A DNA stretch of 60,000 bases from Lama guanicoe (Eukaryota), in contig MU053379.1 of the NCBI GenBank assembly GCA_013239625.1, positions 754,490 through 814,489 of the forward strand, in the 5' to 3' direction. Shown here piece after piece: positions 23,480 to 36,622 of this stretch; the stretch's first letter is position 1, and every line of letters begins with the position of its first letter. Under the pieces are notes generated by a model. It saw only the letters and a program-made list of their open reading frames with translations, made no database searches and had not been told where the DNA came from. A program made the translations under genes and the position numbers.

Positions 23480-25600
23480 CACCTTTGTTGTTGGTGTTAA
23501 GGTTATTGCTATGTTTAAATGCATTAGGAAGATATATTTCATAAAGTACTTTTTCTGTTTTTAGCTCTAGACAACCAGCAAAGTTACTCATTTTTGCATG
23601 TGTCTTTAACCCAGGGAGTACACTAAACTCCCGCCAAATCCAGGAGTTTGTGGATTCTCTTCATAGAAAAAAAAATCACCTATGAAAAAAGACAGTATTG
23701 TTTCTTGCTTTCTATGCGGTACCATCTCACAGAGCCAGCCAAGAACTCTGGAGCAGGCTTTCCTGGTCTCAGCCCCTCTCATGTTTCACTGTTAGACGCT
23801 GTGTTGACCGTAGGCTTTTGGTAGAAACCTTTTATCAGGTTAAGCTAGCTTATATTCCTCGTTACCTTTTCTTTTTAATAACTGGGTATTAAATTTTGCC
23901 AAGTGCTTTTTCTTTATCCCTTCACATGTTCTCTAATCTGAAATTGGATTAAAATAATACATATTCTAATGTTAACTCACAGATGGTTCTTACGGTGTAA
24001 ACACGTCGTGATGGCAGGTCTTTTCTGTTTTAACCCTCGCTAGGTCTGGGCCGTTCACATTTTCACGAGGGACGTGTGTGTGCGCTCTCAGGTGAGGCAA
24101 GTCACAGGTTCTCCTCAGACCGTCCCTGTGTGGTCTTGGTAGCAAGGTCAGTTGAGTCCCATAAAATGAGTTAAGGATCATCCAGTTTCTCCTATTCTTG
24201 GTGGGTTCAGAACTTGCCTGTCAAACTGTCAGGATCTGGTTCTTCGAGATCTGTTCTTAGAGCGGGGACAGGGGGCCAGAGCTGATTTTTAACTGCTGTT
24301 TCAATTTCCATGAGGATTCTAGAACCAGCTTTTGGGTTTGTAACACAATCTATATAATTAGTTTTCATTATTCCTTCCTCCAACTTCCATTGGTTTATTC
24401 TATTCTTTCTAACTTCTTGACGTAGACATTTATTCATTTTCATCCCTTTTTTTCCTTATAGTAAATGTGTAAGGCAATAAATTTTCCTATAAGTACTACT
24501 GTAGCTTCATCCTCCAAACTACAATGCACAGTGTTTTCATTAGCATTCAGTTCAATACCTGAGATTCCCAAATGACCTCTGACTTGTGAGGTGGCAGTGT
24601 CCTTAACTTTCCTAACATGTGGGGGCTTTGAATTATCATTGACAATTCCTAACTCAACCGTACTGTCACCTGAGTATCCATTCTGCATGATATGGATATA
24701 AGTTTTCAGACTTACAATCGTTATCCGGAAAAATAATTTTTACATGACCCAGGACACACATACATACATCCTGATACATGCATAATGTATATAAACGTGT
24801 AAATAACAAAACTTTCATGAAACAGTAACTCAATATTAGCATGTATGATACACTGATATTTTCTATGCCATCAAAAAAATTGTTTAAGTTTTTCTCAACC
24901 AGCTAAATTTGACTATTGAGGCTTACAGTCCAACAGGCTCGGTCTACAGTCTGAAAAACACTAATTTAGATCGTGATATTGGTGAGGTTTACCAGATTGT
25001 GGTCAATTTTTATAAATAAACATGTTCTACATGGAGTGAAGGGCTCTATGTGTGTCCCTGGCTCCAGCTTAATAATCTTCTATGGAACCACACTCATTTT
25101 TTCATCTGCTTCATCTAATAGGTACTCAGAGCTTTAAAACCCTCCCAGCATGATCACGGATTTATCAGTTTCTCCTGGGAATTTCTGGATTTGTGCTTTA
25201 TTTGGAGACCATCCCATTAGGTGACCCTAAGATCCGAATTGTTATATCTTTCTGATACAGTGCCTTCTATTTTTTCCCCTACTACAGCGGTCTTCTTTAT
25301 CTCTAATAATGATTTTTTTTTCCATTTCATCGTCTATTTTAAAAGTCACACCAACTTTTGGGGAGTTAATACTGGCCTAGAATCATTTTCTCTTCTTCAC
25401 TTCCAACCTTTCTGTGTTCGTACGGTTTAAGAGGAGCTCTTAAAAATAGCATATACCTGGCTTTTATTTTAAGGCCAGCATGGCAATTTGTCTTTTCAAC
25501 TGGCAGGTTTAGTTCATCAGCACCTACTGTGATTCCCTATACAAGTGGGCTCACTTGTACCCTTCTGGCATTCCTATTTGCAGTACTTTTTCTTTGCTTT
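23480..25600 (-). mobile_element. Decayed L1M ORF2 fragments, interrupted by an unassigned DNA-element-like insert at about 24700-24965
   Basis: Remnant peptides ELNANENTVHCSLEDEATVVLIGKFIALHIY (ORF 24440..24688) and LNSFYGTQLTLLPRPHRD (ORF 23990..24181) resemble L1 ORF2p motifs (NENTTYQNLWD..KAV.RGKFIALNA; PNSFYEASI.LIPKP). Plus strand is T-rich. Confidence 0.75.
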
Positions 25601-26278
25601 TTCTCGCTCTTGTTCTTATTATTTTGCATTCTACGGGACACCTTTCCTCCCACGGTGTTTCAAAGTTATACTTTCTATTTGTGTGTGTATGTATCTGTGT
25701 GCAAGTGCTCTTTTAAAAAATTGTAATTGAAATGTCTTTTACTCTTATGTTTTCCCTACGTACACACTTGACACTTCCCAACAGAGGAAGAGCGGCAGGA
25801 GGCCTCGGGCCTGGGGCTGGTCCGCGGATGGGAGCCCCTCTCCCGCCCTGGTGCTCCCCGCCTCCTCCTCCCTCACACACAGCTGGACCACTTGCAGCTG
25901 TTTTGTTCCAGACACTCATGTTTAAGTTACCCAGATGGTCCCCAGTCTGCCTGTTGGTTGCTGACTCTTACACCTCATGTCCTTTCTGAGTCCCCCGAAG
26001 TCCATCCCTGACTAGCTGTTTCAGCAAGAACCTCCGCTTGATAAACTTCCTCAGTCCTACGGTCGTTTTGAAAGAATTCCTTTCTTTCTCCCTCATTCTT
26101 CATGAATGGATGAACTGCGTCTAGAATTCCATACCGGAAGTGGTTTTCTCTCACCACTTTGAAGATATTATTTTATCTGTCTTCTGGCTTTTTTCGGCGC
26201 GGGGGGCGGTGCTTACTATCGAAAAGCATGCTGCCAATTTGTCATTCCTCTTTCACAGCTTTTAAAAAAGTATCTCAT

Positions 26279-26487
26279 GGGGATTAACAGACACACGTTA
26301 TTATGCATAAAATAGATAACCAACAAGGACCTACTGTACAGCACAGGAAAGTATATTCAATTTCTTATAATAACATATAACAGAAAAATCTGAAAAGAAA
26401 AAACATGTGTGTACATGTACAACTGAATCACTTTGCTGTACACCTGAAACTAACACTGTAAATCAACTATACCTCAATAAAAAAAAA
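26279..26487 (+). mobile_element. 5'-truncated L1 3' end (cetartiodactyl-type 3'UTR)
   Basis: aacaaggacctactgtacagcacagg...aactgaatcactttgctgtacacctgaaactaacac..gtaaatcaactatacctcaataaaaaa is a typical L1 3' terminus; atctcat is repeated on both sides. Confidence 0.85.
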
Positions 26488-28099
26488 TTTTTTTTAATCT
26501 CATTACCCTTAAGATCCACCTTTGGGGTTCTAAGGATTCAATAAAATACCTTCTGGTGTGTATTTTTATTATCTTACTCAGGATCCTTGGGCTTCCTCGC
26601 GTTTTTCACCAGTCCTGGGAAACCCCTGACCGCTTAGCTCTTTGGGGCTGCCTTGCTCCTGCCTCCTTGCGGCAGAACTTCTAACCAGACCGCAGGTCTC
26701 CGTGCCGCCGCTCGAGAAACGTCCTGAGACATGCGTCCCACGCCACCGACGGTCCCTTCAGCTGCACCTAACCGGCTCTATTATCAGTTTTTGAGTTATT
26801 CCTTTTTTTTTCAAGCTCGCTTTGTTTTCTCCCAGCGGTATTTCTTCCCGTTGATGTTTCCCATCGCCCGCTTGCATGGCTCCAGTGGTGATTCTGTGTC
26901 ACGTCTTTGGAAGGACTTTATTAGTCCAGTCCTGTCTGGGCTGAATTTTGGGCTTGTCTCTAAAGAGCTTTTTCATCTTCCCTTCAAGGGGGCCGTCAAA
27001 GGAAGCAGCAGGCACGGGCAAGTGTTCACACGCACCTTCTGTTACAAATCCTAGGGAACTTTGCCTTCCCTGCCTCAGGACAGAAGAAGACAGGCTCCCG
27101 TGTCATCTCCACCGGCCCCAGTTCGTCTTTTCATTGCGGGCTGTACATGGGAGCATGGGGGGTCCCATTCCCCCACCCAGCTCCCGCCTGGACATAAAAG
27201 TCAAAGACTGAAGACTAAGACTGTGGATAACACCCCCTCCCCCAGACACCCCAGGGTCACTTACTTCCCGTCCCGGCCACTGCCCTGGCCCTTGGTTTAG
27301 GGCCTCTGGCGAGCTCTCTCACTGCCCTGGGAGCTCAGCTACGCCTATTAACTCCAGCTAACATTTCTAAATGTTTAGAGCACAGAGCTTCGGATCATCT
27401 CACCTAAAATTCTAAGTCTAACCTCTATTTTTTTTCACCCAGAGAAACAAAGAGAAAACACCTAAAAGAAAAGGTATATTTGGAAACGATTTACCTCATG
27501 TTTTAAGAGGATGGAAATAGCTGACTTCCTACTTTAGGAAACAATGCTACTCGTTCTAAGGAAAGAGAAAACTCTAAGAATAGAAACGTATTCTATTCTA
27601 AGCCTGGCTTATTCATCAGCCGCTTTGGATTCGATTTCTTCGCCTAAGGAAAAAAAAAGAATTGAATGTTTTTGTGTTTCCTCAAAATAAGTCTTCGGGA
27701 AAGTAGGCACTTAAATAGACCTAAATCTTCTGAGAGGTCGGAGAAGCCTACAGGCCTCACCTTGTTAATGAAGACAACAGGGTCCTGACTTCTCAAAACG
27801 CCCATCGACAGTTACGAGGTGCTAGCCCATGACAGAACGCTTCCTGCAGCAGACAGGGAGGTCCCAGGAAGCAGGGGTGGGTGGCTTCCCCACTGTATCC
27901 AGTCAGACCTCAGCCCATCAACCCCGTCTGCGGAGCGAAGTCTCTGCCCGGTACCACAGCAGGCAGGAGTCACTCGTTTTCATGGTTATACGGTTGTGAG
28001 AACCACATCGAAACACAAAGACACAGGTATCCTGGTGCAGGAAGATAATGCACACCGTGGGAGCTTACATGCTTCGCGAAAGAGTTATTTCTCGGTCCT

Positions 28100-30900
28100 T
28101 CAGTGTTTACCCTATTGCAAATGGGGTCTCTTTCAAGTTTCATTTTCTGTTTGGGGCTGGTATACAGAAATGTAATTGACTTCTGCAGGGGAATTTCCGC
28201 CCCCAGCAGCAATCTTGCCTAATTCTAGGAACACATCCGTAGATTTTTAAGAACTTTTTCTACACATGTAAGCATATTGCAAATTACAGTTTTGTTCCTT
28301 TCTCCACAACCTTCCTATCTTCCACTTCCCTTCTCTTGAATTTTTGCTCAGGGCAGGACTTCCAACACCGAGCTCAAGAGAAGGATCGTTAGGAGGCGTC
28401 CTGTCCTTTCTGATCACAAAGGGGAAGATTTCAGCGTCTTGCTATTTAGTGTGATGCTCGCTGTAGGCTTTTTGTGGATACCCTTTCATCAGGTTCTTGG
28501 TTCTCTTCTTAGCTCAGTGTTGATAAGTTCTATTTTCCCAGAGTTTATTTATGTGGTTAGAATTTGCAAAATTATTGCCATGTTGAGATTTGAAAAAGGA
28601 GTCTTCTCTGTACAATGTGTGGTAAACCCCCCTCCGCTGGGTCCTTCAGATATTTTTAATAAACACCTATGACCCTGATCTGCTTTGTTTTTATTTAGCA
28701 CAAGTTGTTCCTAATAATCACTCATCTTTCTAATGTCTACCGCATCCGTAGTGAAGTTTCATTTGACATTCTTGTATTATTCGTGCCTTTTTCTTGATCA
28801 ATTTTGCTTGACATTTGTCAACATTATCCATCTTTTTGTTAAGAATGCAGTTCTGGCTTTGCTCACTCCCCTACTGTATATTTACTTGTCTTCTGTTTCA
28901 TTAACTCCTTCTGTTACTTTCCTTCCGATTGGTTTATTTTGACTTTGTCACTTCTGGAGACTGATGCTTACTTAGTTCATTAATTCTCATCTTTTCTTCT
29001 TTCTTAACCTATGTTAAGTTATATATAAGTTATATATATGTTATAAAGTTCCCTGCAAATAATATTTTCGCTACATCCTGCAAGTTTTGATGTGTAGTAT
29101 TTTCATTATCATTCATTCCAAAACATTTCCTATTTTTCTTTTTCTGACCTACAAATAAATGCTAGAAGCATATTTTTTTAAAAAATTTCCAGATACATGA
29201 AGATTTCCCATTCATCTTTTTATTCATATTTCCAGTTTAACTGAACTGTGGTCGTATTATCTGCCCTTTATAACGTCAATCTTTTCATTTTTGTTGAGAC
29301 TGACCTGAAGGCCCCAGATACGGCCAAACTTTGAAAATTCTGTGGAGTCAACTATGTATTAGTTGGCTACAGTGTTTTATTTGCTTTATTTATACACAGT
29401 CATAGACCACATTCCTAATTTTGCTAAAAGTTCTAATCCTTATTGATTTTTGTCTGCCTCACTGTCAACTACTGAGAGGAAACGGTAAAATTCTCCACTA
29501 TGATTACAGGTTTGACCATTTCTTGTAGTTCTGTCCATTTTTGTTTTATATATTTTGTGATTTTATTAATAAGATGGACCCAAAGTTAAAACTGCCGCAT
29601 CTTTACACTAAATTAAATTTGCATCGTTATGAAGTGACCCTTTCCCTCTAAAACACTTTTTTGTGTGAAGTCCATTTTACATAACAAGAACACAGCATCA
29701 GTTTTCACAGTATTTCCATAGCATACCTTCTTCTAGTCTTGTCTTTTCACCCCATCTCTCATAAACAACAGATGCATTTTTTAAATCCAATATGATATCT
29801 TTATGTTTCAACTGGAGTATTTAGTCAACTTACATGTACTAACGAATGCTGATATAGTTGAGTTTAAATCCATAATCTTACTTTGTGCTGTCCCCACCTG
29901 TCCTGGGGTATTTCTTGTCTCCTTTCTTACCTCTTTTTGGATTGTTTAAAAATCACTCCATTTCCCCCCTCTACTATTACGGAATACACTGTTTCCGTAG
30001 TTTCTTTAGTGACTACCTTTAAACCCAATAATATGTGGGGTTCACGAAGTTCAAAGTTAAATAAAAGTTCACCCCCTCCACTAATGCCATCACCCCTTTA
30101 ACTTCAGCATTGTTGATCCTTTGTTCAGCGCCCCCGCCCCGGCACTGCCAAACCATCTTCTTTCACATTTGTTTAGAGATGCCCAGGTATTTCCACCTTC
30201 CTCCTTCCTCACGGCTGGGACATCTCACTCTTCCTACCTGGCACCACTTTCCTTCCAAGAACATCCTTGAGAATTTCCTTTACCAAAGACGTCACTAATT
30301 GCCTGTCTTGGTTTTTGCCTTAAAAGTCACCTTCATTTCACCTTCACTCTGGACGTTCTTCCTCTGCCTGCTGTATCACTACCCCTCCTATGGGTGGGTG
30401 TCTTCTCTGTTCTTTTTTGGATGGGTGTCTCATCCTTTCTGTAAAATCCTCAGTCATCATTTCATCCAATACTGGCCCTGTCCCCTCATCTCTCTCCTCT
30501 CCTGGAACCCCAACGAGACACACTTCTCAGTCTCTCCTCCCTGATTTGTACTTGGTCTTACAAATTACTCACCTACTTGGTTCTCTAGGATGAAATTCAT
30601 ACATTCTGCTCTATCTTCAGTTTCAATCATTCTCTTCAATCTGTTGGGTTTTTAACTACAGTGACTGAACTGTCCATGTCTAGAAACTACACCCGATTCC
30701 TCCTCTGAATTTGCTAGGTCATTTAATAGTTTCCTTTCTTCGCAGGTATTTTCATCTTGTCTATTTAAGTACCTAAGAAGCACTTACTCTGTGTCCACCA
30801 CTCACTGTCCCGTGTCTCAGATGTTCCTGCCAGTCCTCAATCACTGAGGGCAGCATTCTTTGTGTTGGGTTGCTCTCAACTAGGGATGCTCATTTGCCCT
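28100..30900 (-). mobile_element. Second decayed L1M fragment cluster
   Basis: T-rich antisense L1-like tracts (ggatacccttt.atcaggtt, caagttttgatgtgtagtattttcattatcattc, tctgtccatttttgttttatatatttt). Confidence 0.6.
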
Positions 30901-33900
30901 GAAAATTATACCAGGGGATTCACTGAGCCCAGGATAAAGGTGTGGTGCTAAAAGACCTGCTTGCTTGTGGACCGGTCCAGGAGCATCCTCCACAAAGAAC
31001 CAGAATTGGCTGGAGAATTTTCCACCACTTAGGTCACGGGATCTGCATGTGGGACAGCTCATGAGCGCGTCTTGGGAGGGGAACAGGCTCACTTCTGACT
31101 CGCCTTCACCCTGGGGGTGCAGGGGCCTTCAGGGGTTCCAGCTCTACAGGCACAGCTTCCATCATTCTGCCCACCCTGACCTCTGCCCCGGTGCCCAGAG
31201 ATGCCGTCAGAACTCAGTTTGTCCAGTTCACCAAATGCCCTCAGGATTGTGCTCATTGTCCAGGGTGACCTCTTGCTCTGAGACTTGTATCTCTTAACTA
31301 TCTTCCAAGTCATTCAATGCTTTCCAAAGGTGTTTCATTCAATGCTTTCCAGAGGTGTTTTTAATCTGTTCTGTAGCACCACCTGAGTCCAGCCCACCCA
31401 GCCCACCCCGTCACCAGAACACAGGGTCCCCTTACTTCCTCAGCCTTCTTACATTTGGCACTGTTGTCCCTCCAAGCCAAACCAAATCCCTGCCAAGCAA
31501 GCTCTTTAAGGGAAAAGGAGATCATCCCTACACTGTGATCGGAGGACTGCTGTGCTGGAGAGCCATCCAGATCCAAACCTGGGTACGCATCCATCCCAGG
31601 AGGAGAGGACCCCACACCACCACTCCTGGTCTCTGCCCAGGATTCAGGGAGGTGGGCAGATGTCCTGGTTAGAAATGTGGGAGTCAGGCTGAATGACCTG
31701 TAGTACCCAACTGCTAGCTCCTTCGTTTTGAAGAAACCCACTTACCACTCCAACACCCCCGCCATTTACCTGGGTGGGACTCAGGGGCGGGGGGGGGGCG
31801 TCTGATAAAGAACTCTATCTGCAGATCAAAGCTCTGTGAACTCCTCCCCTCATTTAACTCCTGCGAAGGGCTGCCTTTCACTTGGATCTGTGGTTAAGAG
31901 ACAGCCTTTGCTCATCAGCAGCAAAATCAGGCCCTTTTCGCAAGCCCTTTGCACAGGCCCACCTTTGATGAATTCTGAGGCCAGCCACTCCCACCTCTAG
32001 GACACACGAGTGAGGAACTTCTCATCAACAGCGAAAGTAACTCAAACTTCACCCGGGTTCCTGCTTACTCAGCCACTGCAGAGTATGCCCTGAGCTCTCT
32101 ACACTGCCGGTGGGAGCACAAGTCAGGACCCGCACCTTGAGGAGAAGGCTGGCAGTCTCGCCCAGAGCTGACCACAGCCCTCCTTGGGGCCCGCAGTCCC
32201 ACGCCTCGGAACTGACCCGGGGAAACGTGGACAAGTAGTCACCAAGGTCAGGGGCAAGGCTGTATTTTATAATATAATGTAACTTAGAGTGTATTATAAC
32301 ATAAGCCCCAAGGTGGAAACTATCCAAGTTCCCCTCTGCAGTGACATGCCAGGTGCCTACAATGGGAACGCGGACCACAAGAAACCCAACAGCACGGACG
32401 GGATGGACTCACGCTCACACGTCTCACGTGTAACGTGTAACGTCGAATCAAAGATCCAAAAGAGCACCGGTCGTGTGACTCCACGTACCCTGAGGTCACC
32501 CGCAGGCGGAAGACGTCCGTGAGCCAAAGGTCAGGAGAGCAGCGACCCTCGGGGAGCAGCAGTAACCCAAAGGGGTGCGAGAGGAGCTCACTGGGGGATA
32601 TCATTTCTTGGTCTGCTGGTTAAACAGGGTGCAACTTTGTGGAGGTTTACTGAGCTGTGGACTCAGGACAGTGCGTTTTCCTACGTGTATTTCACTTAGT
32701 AAAGAGTGAAATATACATCCACGTGCCGGCTTGGGTCGGAAAATGAATCTCACGGTTCTTGAAGGAGGAGCATCGTAAATGCCTGGAGGGTCCGTGACAG
32801 CACGTCCACTCGCATCACCTCACAGTCTCTCCCACCAGGTGGGGAGCTGGGGCCGGGGTCAAGGCGGGCGGCCCCACAGACCCTCGCTGTCCGTGGCCCA
32901 CCGCACTGACCCCAGCGGCTCTGGAAACCCAACTTCAGAATAAGGCCCAGGGGCTTCCAAGCTGAGAGGGAAGCGACAACGCAGGAGAGGGCACTGGGCT
33001 TCAGAGTCGCAGCAGGGCTGACCCTGTCACGGCCCTCACAGCACGACAAGCAGTTAGGGCGCAGAACCGCCACCGGGCAGCTGTCTTCAGCCTAGACTCC
33101 TTCCCCCGGTCGCTGCGGGTACTACGCACCTCCCCAAACTAGGCTTTCTCTTTCTTGTTGCTACAAAGACCTAGAACTCACAAAGAAACGAAAAACGTGC
33201 TCGACAGAAATAAAGCTACACCCAATTCCTATTCAAGATGAGTCTTAATCAAAAAGAAAACAGTTTTTGCTACAGTTGAGTTGTACATTCTGAGCACTGA
33301 ATGAAAAGTTCCAGAAAAATAGACTGTCTGGGCTTAGGGCCAGAACCTGGTCCCTGCCGGTTCTGTGTGCAACAAGCAGGCCAGATCCTCCCGTCAGGAA
33401 GGGCCGAGAATCCAGGGTCTACTTTTCACCTTTTTGCCTAAAAGCAAAAGCAGGAACAGAGGAGACGAAACAAGGGGTGGGGGCTCGGCCTGGAGGGGGC
33501 TCTGACAGACCGCCACCCCCTCCCCTGCTGCCATGCACTTCAGGGGAGGTCGGAGGCTAATCTCATTGGCCCCTCTTCCTCCTCAGTCTGACCAAGTCTG
33601 CCCAAAGCAGGGGGCCTGGAACACCAACCACAAGAAAAGAACTGCCCCTCCTCCCACCAAGGAACACAGAACCCACCTCTTTTCAGAGCCAGCACACTGT
33701 TCAAACCAAAAACACCATTGTGTCCCCTGGTGCGTGCCCAGTCACCGATAAGCTCAGCTACTCCGAGAAATAAAGGATGCTCCCTGCGGATCCTCCTCCT
33801 GGAACCAGGGCAAGCCCACGGAAGGGCCAGTCCTGGCGTGGCCCCCCACCTGGATGACGGACAGCAGAGAAACACGTAGCGCTCAGATCAATATAACCGC

Positions 33901-34189
33901 CAGCAGATGCATGGCACCTGGGAGAGAGCACACGCCCAAGCCTTCTGCTAAGGGTCACTTCAGAGCCCCGGCTTCTGCTGGCGGTGCAGAGGGGCCCACG
34001 CTGGACACCGCCATCCGCGAGTTTAACTGTCAGCTTCCCAACTGGAGCCAGGCTGGAGGGAATCCAAAAATTGCTTGGCCTTGGAATATGATTTTTGTGT
34101 TTATATTTGATGCCCTAGGAATCCACACTACTTGAGGCTAAATTATCATATGCACACAGAGCACGAGAACAAGAAAATCATCTCTCCGT

Positions 34190-34900
34190 CAGCTCAGCAA
34201 GGATGGGCACCTGCTGTGAGCCACTGTTCAGACATTAGGGGCGCCTCAGAGAAGCAAAGTGCACACATCCCTGCCCTGGGAGAGCTTACACTCCGGTGCA
34301 GAAATGACAAAGTCAGCCACATAGTGACACATCAGGTGGTGATAATGAAGAGAAAGTCATGCAGAGAAGTGGGATTTTGGAGGCTGTCACTTTAAATTGG
34401 GTGGTCAGGGATGTAACACTGTACAGACCTGAAGGCAGTGGGAGAGCAAGCCATGTGGTTGTCTGGAAAAAAGCTCCCTATGGAGAGCAACAGCACATGC
34501 AAAGGCCCTGAGACAGAAGCATGCTGAAGAAACAGAGGGAGGCTAGCATGCCAGGAGCAGAGGATGGGGGAGGGTAGTGGTACAGCCAGAGAGAGACTGG
34601 GGTCCTTGGCCACTGTACAGACTTTGGCTAAGGAGGGTCTTGAACACAGGGCTGACATGATCTGCTCTGGGAAAAGACTAGAAGGCAGACGGTGATGGCA
34701 AAGGCAGAGAGACCACTTTGGAGCTAGTGAAATAACCTGGGAGACGAGAGCGGTTTGCACCAGAGTGGTACCAGTGGACGTGGTGAGAATGGATGGACTA
34801 TTTTGAAGGTGGAGCTTACAGGATCTGCTGTTGTACAGGATACAAGTACGAGAAAGCAAGGAGTTAAGGAGAAACCAAGGTCTGCGGCCTGTACAATGAG
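34190..34900 (-). mobile_element. LINE-2 fragment
   Basis: gcacctgctgtgagccactgttc...ccctgccctgggagagcttacac...agcacatgcaaaggccctgag...ttttgaaggtggagc. Confidence 0.75.
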
Positions 34901-36447
34901 CCACCTGGCCTAGTTTCACTTTACACCAAGAGGAAACTGAAGCCCAGTGAGGAGAAAAGTCATGTCCAAGGTCACACCACTTACTTTGCGGATTAGAACC
35001 CCCAACCAGTGGCCCTCTGCACCCAGCTGCAGCTCAGTGGGAGACACTGGTGACCACTCAGGTCACGCCCAGACCCCTTCCAATTCCTCTTTGCTCTCAG
35101 ATGCTAGGCAGGCAGTGCCCTCGGGGACCGCCAGTACCCAGACGTGTACTGTCAGTGAGGGGAGGCTGCTGGGGAAGAGCGCAGGACCTGCCTAGGGAGG
35201 GCGGCCACAGTCCACCACGGCCGCCACACAAGGAACCAGACCTGATGTGGCCCAGAAATCCCCGTTTTCTCCAAGAGAACCCAAAAACCTAGATTTTAAC
35301 AACAAATTCTCCATTTTTAAATGTGGCTAGTTGTTTAGTGACATAGAGCTGGCCAACCTCATGGGCTGACCAAGTTCAATCCATGCAGACCAGCAGCGTG
35401 GAACCAGTCCCAAGACAGCCTGAAACGAGCCTGGTTCACTCACACCTCAGCCAGGGTTAGGGAAGAGAATTAAAGCTTTGGGACTTTTAGTCCAGCTTCT
35501 GAGCCAGCAGGTGATACTCATTATCACTATAAACAGTTGATAACTCCCGGCACCATCCTCGTGGACCTCCTCTCTGACCAACAAGAAACTCATTGCCCAT
35601 CAGTCTCGGTTCTCTGTTAACCGGTCTGACAACTATTCTACACGGAATAGGAAGATGAGGCCACTAGGCCAGCCAAGACTTCCAACCTTCTCCCCAAATA
35701 CGACCCAATGATCCTTCCAAAGTTACACACAGTAAAACAGAGCCCTGCAAAGAGCCAGGAAACAACTTACGCCAGCCAAGCAGGAAAACGCCAGCACCCT
35801 GGAACGTGTCAGGTTCGAGACCAGGCAGGTGTTCCAGCCTTGCCAAAATAATCAAATGTACACATTACAAAACTTTCTCTATAAATTAAAGTTGCTTCCT
35901 GTTGCCAGACAGGTGGGAGATACGTGTCACTTACAGTGCTTCAAGGAAACCCGTGAGATGTGTCTGGCCTTCAGACGTGGGAGTCAGCTCGCCTGTTTCA
36001 GGAGACAGATCAGAACCTGTGTGCCTAAGAACAGAGCCGCCTAGGAAGTCCCCGGGGTTACTTTTCTATAACGCTAAGTGGCCTTCCTGCCCAGGCGCTC
36101 TCACTTAGAATTAAATATTTACTTGACCCTACAAGCCACATGCTTTCTGCCCAGTACCTGTTTTCTGTGTCTGGTACATCCGACCACTCTGATGCATTGG
36201 TGTTAGGTGAGACTCTCTCCAGGGCCGGGCCACTATCTGTGCTGCACCCCCCTTCCCACTTTCTTCCCTTAAAATGCAATTTATAATGCACACACACAGT
36301 CAGGAATAATTGCTTTCTAAGTGACAGCTTATTAGGTTGAAGTGCAGAACCGCCGCTAAGCAGCTGTCTTTAACCCACAGAATGGCCACTTCATACGGTT
36401 CAACACGACAATTTCTCTAAACGATCAGAATCCCAGCCACCTCTGGA

Positions 36448-36622
36448 CAGCGCTGCCCAAGAGAACTCTGTGAAGACGGGGAAGCTCGAAGTCCGCTTGA
36501 ACCAACACGTGGCACCAGGCACTTGAACTGTGGCGAGTGTGACTGAGAACTGAATTTTAAATTTCATTTAACTTTAATGAAGTTTAAATACCTCTACGTG
36601 GCTACCGTGCTGGACAGCAGAG
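36448..36622. mobile_element. MER3-like MITE
   Basis: cagcgctgcccaagagaact...cacttgaactgtggcgagtgtgactgagaactgaattttaaatt...gtggctaccgtgctggacagc. Confidence 0.65.

Noticed and set aside
27577..27599. 9-bp hairpin AGAATAGAA-acgta-TTCTATTCT
   Set aside because: Short and AT-rich; compatible with chance.
31740..31765. Two minus-strand donor-like motifs (CAG|gtaaat, GTG|gtaagt); similarly GAG|gtgagt near 37305
   Set aside because: No convincing paired acceptor; isolated donor matches are expected in a 21-kb intron.
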